Positions 7,302 through 12,601 of a DNA stretch of 12,601 nucleotides are shown here, piece by piece (position 1 is the stretch's first letter; each line of letters opens with the position of its first letter). The position numbers were made by a program, and so were the translations under genes. Source of the DNA: a virus. Taxonomy: Duplodnaviria; Heunggongvirae; Uroviricota; Caudoviricetes. The stretch is from the IMG/VR virus record IMGVR_UViG_2606217105_000016, positions 1 through 12,601 of that record. One strand, written 5' to 3'. The notes below the pieces were generated by a model. It was not told the origin of the DNA. It did not search any database and was given only the letters and a program-made list of their open reading frames with translations.

Positions 7302-8372
7302 ATGGCTAACGCCTGGCTCAGATTATGGCATGACATGCCAAATGACCCTAAGTGGCGAACAATTGCCAGGGTGTCAGGGCAGTCAATTGCAACAGTGATG
7401 GCAGTGTATATCCACCTCCTGGTGAGCGCGTCACGAAATGTCACGCGAGGTCACATTGATGTCACGACAGAAGATTTGGCAAGTGCGCTCGACGTGACAG
7501 AAGAGGTAATTGATTCAATTTTGCAGACGATGCAGGGGCGGGTACTTGATGGTGATTTAATCACTGGATGGGAAAAACGCCAGGTGCTGAAAGAGGACAA
7601 CGGCAATATTTCGCAAACCGCAAAATCTCCGGCAGAGCGCAAGAGGGCGCAGCGAGAGAGGGAAAGAAAGCGGGAACAAAATGGAGATTGTCACGGCGCG
7701 TCACGAAATGTCACGCACATGTCACGACGAGTCACGACAGATAAAGATACAGATAAAGATACAGATCAAGAAGATCAAAACACTATGGTCCATGGCGTAA
7801 AAAACGCCACGAACCAGGCAGGGGATGTTCAGACCGTCAATCCTGGTCAGCCAGCAGGCACGACACCGGAAGCCGATTCAGCGTATGCGCTGAAAGCCGA
7901 TTCGGGCGCTGTGCAGCAGGTGATGACCGCAAGGCCGGAGCAATCACACCAACTGCAGCAGCCTGAAGCCGATTCCGCCATTCAGCGGGAAGCCGATCGG
8001 GTAGTCCCGGAAAACACCGGGCAGCCTGTGAGACGAGTGGATTATCCGGATGTGTTCGAACAGGTCTGGCGGGAATACCCGTTGCGTGCTGGGGCAAACC
8101 CGAAGAAATCCGCTTTCAGTGCCTGGAAGGCCAGATTACGCGAGGGGGTGCCACCAGAGGCCATGCTGGATGGCGTGAGGCGTTACGCAAGATACTTGGC
8201 GGCTACCGGGAAAACGGGAACGGAATTTGTTCAGCGAGCGACGACGTTTTTTGGACCGGACCGGAATTTTGAGAACCCCTGGTTGCTCCCGGTAAGCGGC
8301 ACGAACAACCAGCGTTGTGTGAATCATATTTCTGAACCGGATAACGAAATTCCGCCGGGCTTCAGGGGGTAA
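7302..8372 (+). CDS. Replication initiator-like protein (YdaU/DUF1376-like) with internal iterons
   Basis: Probable ATG at 7302 with AAGAGG 5 nt upstream; the ORF track begins at a GTG at 7296. It sits where lambdoid phages carry the O-type initiator, and contains two iteron clusters in-frame, analogous to ori-lambda inside gene O. It also contains a DKDTDKDTD tandem repeat. Confidence 0.7.
   Translation: MANAWLRLWHDMPNDPKWRTIARVSGQSIATVMAVYIHLLVSASRNVTRGHIDVTTEDLASALDVTEEVIDSILQTMQGRVLDGDLITGWEKRQVLKEDNGNISQTAKSPAERKRAQRERERKREQNGDCHGASRNVTHMSRRVTTDKDTDKDTDQEDQNTMVHGVKNATNQAGDVQTVNPGQPAGTTPEADSAYALKADSGAVQQVMTARPEQSHQLQQPEADSAIQREADRVVPENTGQPVRRVDYPDVFEQVWREYPLRAGANPKKSAFSAWKARLREGVPPEAMLDGVRRYARYLAATGKTGTEFVQRATTFFGPDRNFENPWLLPVSGTNNQRCVNHISEPDNEIPPGFRG
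7426..7470. repeat. Iteron cluster 1 (candidate replication origin element)
   Basis: 45-bp block gcgcgtcacgaaatgtcacgcgaggtcacattgatgtcacgacag with TCACG-type motifs at about 10-bp phasing (7431, 7441, 7451, 7462). Its first 21 bp are identical to the start of cluster 2. Confidence 0.65.
7696..7740. repeat. Iteron cluster 2 (candidate replication origin element)
   Basis: 45-bp block gcgcgtcacgaaatgtcacgcacatgtcacgacgagtcacgacag, exactly 270 bp downstream of cluster 1. TCACG motifs at 7691, 7701, 7711, 7722 and 7732 are phased at roughly one helical turn. Confidence 0.65.
7740..7775. repeat. Short tandem repeat (12-bp unit gataaagataca, two copies plus degenerate copies)
   Basis: gataaagataca at 7740..7751 and 7752..7763, followed by gatcaagaagat. 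Encodes DKDTDKDTDQED inside the replication gene. Confidence 0.7.
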
Positions 8373-8412
8373 GTGTTGATTTCTGGTCATGAGGTAATTT
8401 TCAGGAGGACTT

Positions 8413-8823
8413 GTGGCAAAAGTTTTTACACAAGAAGAGCGAGAAAAAATTAAAGGGCGGGTTGTTGAACTCGTACGCCAGAGTGGGCGTGAGACGTTAC
8501 GGCAACTGGAAGTCAAGACAGGTGCGACAAGATATCTGATGAGCGTTCTCGCAAGAGAGCTGGTTGCCAGCGGCGATGTATACAACTCTGGTTACGGGTT
8601 ATTCCCGTCTGAACAGGCGCGTAAGGACTGGCAAAATGCCCGTAAAAAGCTCTCAAGGGCAAAGCCGAAGAAACCATCTGCGGTTGATCCGGACCTTATC
8701 TGGTCATTACCTGACGGAGAAATACGTCGCTACGACAGGCGTCAGAACATAATCTGTCGCGAGTGCCGGAAGAGCGAAGTTATGCAGCGCGTGCTGGCGT
8801 TCTATCGGCGACGTTTTAGGTAG
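8413..8823 (+). CDS. Hypothetical basic protein (136 aa), possible winged-helix DNA-binding protein
   Basis: GTG start at 8413 preceded by AGGAGG (8403..8408) with 4-nt spacing. Arg/Lys-rich C-terminus with a CxxC-like RECRK segment. Function unknown. Confidence 0.55.
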   Translation: MAKVFTQEEREKIKGRVVELVRQSGRETLRQLEVKTGATRYLMSVLARELVASGDVYNSGYGLFPSEQARKDWQNARKKLSRAKPKKPSAVDPDLIWSLPDGEIRRYDRRQNIICRECRKSEVMQRVLAFYRRRFR

Positions 8824-9399
8824 CGTTACATTGAGCAAACGGTGCAGAATTGAAATAATAGCAATTCGGAAGTATGCCGCTACGATGATGGTTGAAAGCA
8901 TAGGTAAGTTGACTGGGAAGGTTGTTACTGCAGTGAGCTCAGTCCGTGTATATAACCCATCATTGCCTGAAGGTGAGCAACAATCAGGTGCAACCGAAGT
9001 TAACGGCAAGAAGCTATGGCTGATAATGGTTCTGCAAATGCCAAACCGTTAGTGATTTCCGGAGAAACAATGTGGAAGGATATGGCAAAGGTAAAAAGTG
9101 TCTGTGAAAGATGCAAAATATCTAAACCATACATACAACCTCCTATCATGTAATAGTGTCGATGCCATTTCAATACACGGTAGCTCAGGAGAGGGACGAA
9201 AACAGCGGATACCCATTTATCAGTACTGGTTTCTCAATCCTCAGGTTTACCCAAAACTCAACACTAATCCAGCTGGTTATGTGAACCAGGTAAATTCTTT
9301 TGGTGTGAACCTCTTGAAGATGAAAGTTTTTTTGCTATGTTAGTCAAACATAAACTTCCCCTTTTTGAGCAAAAAATACTCTTTTAGAAGGATATTTAA

Positions 9400-11511
9400 A
9401 TGGCGCGTCAATATGAAATGCAGATATCAAGGATGACAGTAGATAAATTAGGTGTGAAATTATATGACAGGGCTTATGCTGTTATAGCCGAATTAGTATC
9501 TAACAGTTACGATGCAGATGCGACTAATGTCACTATAAAAGCACCTATGGGCCAATACTTGGCTGTTAGACAGGATGGTGTTGTCAGGTCAAAAAATGTC
9601 ACAATAGAAGTAGAAGATAATGGCGTCGGAATGGCGCCTGATGAACTACAGAACTTTTATTTGGTTGTTGGCAAAGAAAGACGTAAGGATCCAAAAAGAG
9701 GTGAAACCTCGAAGGTGTTTCACCGCAAAGTCATGGGACGGAAAGGCGTTGGGAAATTAGCACCTTTTGGTGTTTGTAAAAGGGTCGAGATTATAAGTGC
9801 CGGTGGGGAAAAAATCAGTCGTGATGGAAAGGAAGGGTATGAGGTTGCTCATATTCAGCTAGATAAAGAAAAAATAATGGATGATACTGCAGTGTCTTAT
9901 AAACCGGAAACTGGGGATTTAGACGGCACACTAAGTGACAGGACCTATACTAAAATAATATTAAGTGATTTTGAATATAGAAAAATTAGCGAAATAAAAG
10001 ATTTATCTCGGCAGCTTTCACAACGTTTTGGAGTGAAGAGTAAAAACTGGAATATTAAACTGATTGATACTTCGAAAACAAAGTCTAATCCTGACTATGA
10101 AGTTGAGGTCGGAGAGTTTACTGTTCCTGTTATGCCTAACTCTAAAATTGAATTTCGTTCCATGAGTGGAAGTATTGCGACAGATTCTTGTACGGATTTA
10201 AGTGATTATACGGCTTTTAATCCTGACGGCACGCGTTCATCAATTGTTAAGGCCGGTTTTGAACATGAAGGGAAAGCTTACCCGATATTAGGTTGGATTG
10301 CATACGCGAAAGAGCCTTATAAGGACGAGTTAATGGCAGGTGTTAGAATTTATTGCCGAGGTAAGTTTGCTGCGCAAACAGCAGTTTTTAATAGAAAAGC
10401 TGGTTTTACTGGAGAGCACTCTATACGTTCATATTTGGTAGGTGAGTTGCATGCTGACTGGTTAGACGAAAAAGAAGATCTTATCCAAACTGATAGAAGG
10501 GATATTCTATGGTCTGATGATTTAGGAACGCAATTTCAGAATTGGGGGCAAGAAGTTATTTTACTTGTGGGTAAAATAACTCGCGACCCCCTTAGAAATA
10601 ATATGATGAATCAATTCTTCGAATTAGCGCAAGTGGAGGATAAGGTCGAGCAAGCATACCCTGGAGCCGGTCAAAAGGATATGCGAGCACAGGCTAAAAA
10701 AATAGCCAAGTTGTTGGGTAAATCTTTACGAGGTGATGAATTACATGATCCTGATGCACTCGAGAATTTAGTGCAGTTAAGTATTATGTTAGCACCATTA
10801 CAATCCTTAGATGAGAAGTTAATAGAAGCTTCCAGTAAAGCGGATACACCGCTCAATGTTCTCAACGATATTTTAGCAACGGCTCAACTAGCTGAAACCG
10901 TTAGTTTTGGTCAAAAGGTCAAAAAGCGTCTTCAGATTATTGAGCGTCTCGAGTCTTTAAAAGACGCAAAGGATACAGCAGAAGATGAGTTACAAGATCT
11001 AATTGCATCCGCTCCGTGGCTAGTTAACCCTCAATGGGTCCCAGTTACAGCAAATAAAACGTTGTCCACGCTTAAAAGGGAATTTCAAAAATTTTATAAA
11101 AAGAAAACTGGTGAGGAGATATTTCTTATAGATTTTGATAAAAAAAATAAAAGACCAGACTTTGTATTGTTTAGTCAGGATGGAAAATTACAAATAATTG
11201 AAATAAAAAAGCCACATCATTATATTTCCAATGATGAAATGGATCGTATTATTAATTACTTCGAAACATTCGAGGAGTTTTTGAACGATGAGAGACATAA
11301 TGATTTTAAATCAATAGCATCTGATTTTCACGTTACGCTGGTAAGTGATGGGGAGCGCTTGAGTGGGGCACGTCGTAAAGCTTATACTGCATACATCGAA
11401 GAAAAACGCCTAACACCCGTTGATTGGGCAGGGTTCTTGCTGAGGACAACTCAAACTCACCAAGAATTCTTGGATGAGGCAGAACAGTTGAAGTTGGGAA
11501 ATAATGAGTGA
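9400..11511 (+). CDS. GHKL-family ATPase (MORC-like) fused to a C-terminal PD-(D/E)xK nuclease domain; predicted ATP-dependent restriction endonuclease
   Basis: 703-aa ORF, ATG at 9400 preceded by AAGGA. N-terminal Bergerat-fold motifs: ELVSNSYDADA (E-x3-N-x2-D-A), DNGVGM (DxGxG) and GRKGVGK. C-terminal nuclease motif RPDFVLFSQDGKLQIIEIKK (PD...EIK). The stop overlaps the start of the methyltransferase gene by 8 bp. Confidence 0.8.
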   Translation: MARQYEMQISRMTVDKLGVKLYDRAYAVIAELVSNSYDADATNVTIKAPMGQYLAVRQDGVVRSKNVTIEVEDNGVGMAPDELQNFYLVVGKERRKDPKRGETSKVFHRKVMGRKGVGKLAPFGVCKRVEIISAGGEKISRDGKEGYEVAHIQLDKEKIMDDTAVSYKPETGDLDGTLSDRTYTKIILSDFEYRKISEIKDLSRQLSQRFGVKSKNWNIKLIDTSKTKSNPDYEVEVGEFTVPVMPNSKIEFRSMSGSIATDSCTDLSDYTAFNPDGTRSSIVKAGFEHEGKAYPILGWIAYAKEPYKDELMAGVRIYCRGKFAAQTAVFNRKAGFTGEHSIRSYLVGELHADWLDEKEDLIQTDRRDILWSDDLGTQFQNWGQEVILLVGKITRDPLRNNMMNQFFELAQVEDKVEQAYPGAGQKDMRAQAKKIAKLLGKSLRGDELHDPDALENLVQLSIMLAPLQSLDEKLIEASSKADTPLNVLNDILATAQLAETVSFGQKVKKRLQIIERLESLKDAKDTAEDELQDLIASAPWLVNPQWVPVTANKTLSTLKREFQKFYKKKTGEEIFLIDFDKKNKRPDFVLFSQDGKLQIIEIKKPHHYISNDEMDRIINYFETFEEFLNDERHNDFKSIASDFHVTLVSDGERLSGARRKAYTAYIEEKRLTPVDWAGFLLRTTQTHQEFLDEAEQLKLGNNE

Positions 11512-12601
11512 GAAAACAGTGACCAGTTTGAATGCAGTTGACCTATTTAGCGGTGGTGGGGGACTAACCATGGGACTAAAAATGGCCGGGTTTGATGTCA
11601 AAGCTGCCGTTGAACTGGACGCACATGCCGCCGCTACTTTCCAAGCAAATCATCGTGAGACAAAACTCTTTGTTCAAGATATTCGGTTTGTAAAGGGGAG
11701 TGATATCCTAAATCTTATCCCTGAGCAACATTTAGATCTTTTATCTGCGTGCCCGCCATGTCAAGGATTTACTAGTCTCACTGCCAAGTATAAAAGGGAG
11801 GACCCTCGTAATTTATTGATTAACGAGATGTTACGGTTGGTTGAAGAAACCAATCCATCAGCAATCATGATGGAAAATGTTCCTGGATTAGCTTCCCGGG
11901 GAAATCATCTTCTTTCGCCAGTAATTGAGAGATTGAAAAAACTTGGTTACATAGTTAATTATGGAGTTTTGCAAGTAGCTGACTTTGGTGTACCACAGTT
12001 CAGAAAAAGGCTTGTTCTGTTGGCAGGAAAAGGATTTGCCATCCCATTGCCTGATGGATCACACTCTAAGGATGGAAGAGAGAAACCCAAATGGGTAACT
12101 GTTAAAGAAGCTATTGGAGATATGCCAAAACCCTTAACTCTTTCACAGGCTAAGAAGCAAGGGAAGTTTCCATTGTCGAGTTGGCATATTGTTAGGGATT
12201 TGTCTGAGATCAATATAAAGCGGTTACAAGCGGCTGTTCCAGGGATGTCTTGGGAGTGTATTCCCGAAGAACTCCGTCCAGATTGCCATAAAGGCGACTA
12301 TAAAGGATTTAGTAATGTTTATGGTCGTATGCTTTGGGATGACGTATCGCCTACGATTACAGGTGGGTGCACAACTTTAAGCCGTGGGCGATATGGACAT
12401 CCTGAGGATACGCGTACTATTTCTGTTCGAGAAGCTGCTAGACTACAGACTTTTCCTGATAACTATGTGTTTGATACAGCTTTGATGGATAAAGTATGCG
12501 TCATAATAGGAAATGCACTTCCATGCAAGTTTGCAGAGTATTTGGCTAACCACTGTAAAAATTATATTAATAAAGCAAGAACAGCTGGATTAATACCATA
12601 A
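11504..12601 (+). CDS. DNA (cytosine-5)-methyltransferase
   Basis: 365-aa ORF with the canonical m5C methyltransferase motifs: I (LFSGGGGLTMGL), IV (PPCQGFT, catalytic Cys), VI (ENVPGL), VIII (QFRKRLVLL), IX (REAARLQTFPDNYVF) and X (GNALPCKFAEYLANH). A variable target-recognition region lies between VIII and IX. ATG at 11504 overlaps the upstream gene. Confidence 0.93.
   Translation: MSEKTVTSLNAVDLFSGGGGLTMGLKMAGFDVKAAVELDAHAAATFQANHRETKLFVQDIRFVKGSDILNLIPEQHLDLLSACPPCQGFTSLTAKYKREDPRNLLINEMLRLVEETNPSAIMMENVPGLASRGNHLLSPVIERLKKLGYIVNYGVLQVADFGVPQFRKRLVLLAGKGFAIPLPDGSHSKDGREKPKWVTVKEAIGDMPKPLTLSQAKKQGKFPLSSWHIVRDLSEINIKRLQAAVPGMSWECIPEELRPDCHKGDYKGFSNVYGRMLWDDVSPTITGGCTTLSRGRYGHPEDTRTISVREAARLQTFPDNYVFDTALMDKVCVIIGNALPCKFAEYLANHCKNYINKARTAGLIP

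Noticed and set aside
7426-7740. Possibility that the GTCACG repeat arrays are a CRISPR array
   Set aside because: Repeat units are only 5-6 bp with about 10-bp phasing, lie in-frame within a coding gene, and lack the 28-37-bp repeat and unique-spacer architecture of CRISPR. They are better explained as iterons.
8136-8585. 149-aa minus-strand ORF antisense to the replication gene and the 136-aa gene
   Set aside because: Overlaps two better-supported plus-strand genes; Arg/Ser/Thr-rich shadow-frame composition.
8707-9052. ORFs 8707..9009 (minus, 100 aa) and 8831..9052 (plus, 73 aa, TTG start)
   Set aside because: Non-canonical or weak starts, no clear ribosome-binding site, and mutual overlap; insufficient evidence. 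Only the shorter ATG-initiated 9016..9153 frame is kept as a low-interest finding.
9098-9343. 81-aa plus-strand ORF with GTG start in the AT-rich spacer
   Set aside because: GTG start without a convincing Shine-Dalgarno sequence; AT-rich low-complexity translation. The region more likely holds the promoter and leader of the restriction-modification-like operon.
1-12601. tRNA gene or attachment site adjacent to the integrase
   Set aside because: The window begins exactly at the int stop codon, so attL and any tRNA target would lie outside the window to the left. No tRNA-like cloverleaf was recognised inside the window.

Overview
This window reads as the integrase-proximal arm of a lambdoid (Rac-like) enterobacterial prophage, followed by an AT-rich cargo module that is the best candidate for a poorly described defence system. 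Minus-strand genes from the left edge: a lambda-family tyrosine integrase (1..1119), an overlapping excisionase (1088..1357) and an 823-aa exonuclease VIII-like protein with a C-terminal DEDDh 3'-5' exonuclease domain (1419..3890). Next come several small genes of unknown function and a ~450-bp structured non-coding region (4465..4917). A divergent immunity switch follows: a CI-like HTH repressor (6020..6439, minus) and a Cro-like gene (6540..6821, plus), flanked by two pairs of 14-bp operator-like palindromes (ATACC-N4-GGTAT). Downstream on the plus strand are a CII/YdaT-like gene, a replication-initiator-like gene carrying two 45-bp iteron clusters 270 bp apart, and a 136-aa basic protein. 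The final 3.2 kb (9400..12601) is AT-rich and encodes a translationally coupled pair: a 703-aa GHKL-ATPase fused to a PD-(D/E)xK nuclease, and a C5 cytosine DNA methyltransferase. This looks like a MORC-like ATP-dependent restriction-modification module. All calls are from reading the sequence and the ORF track; no database search was run.
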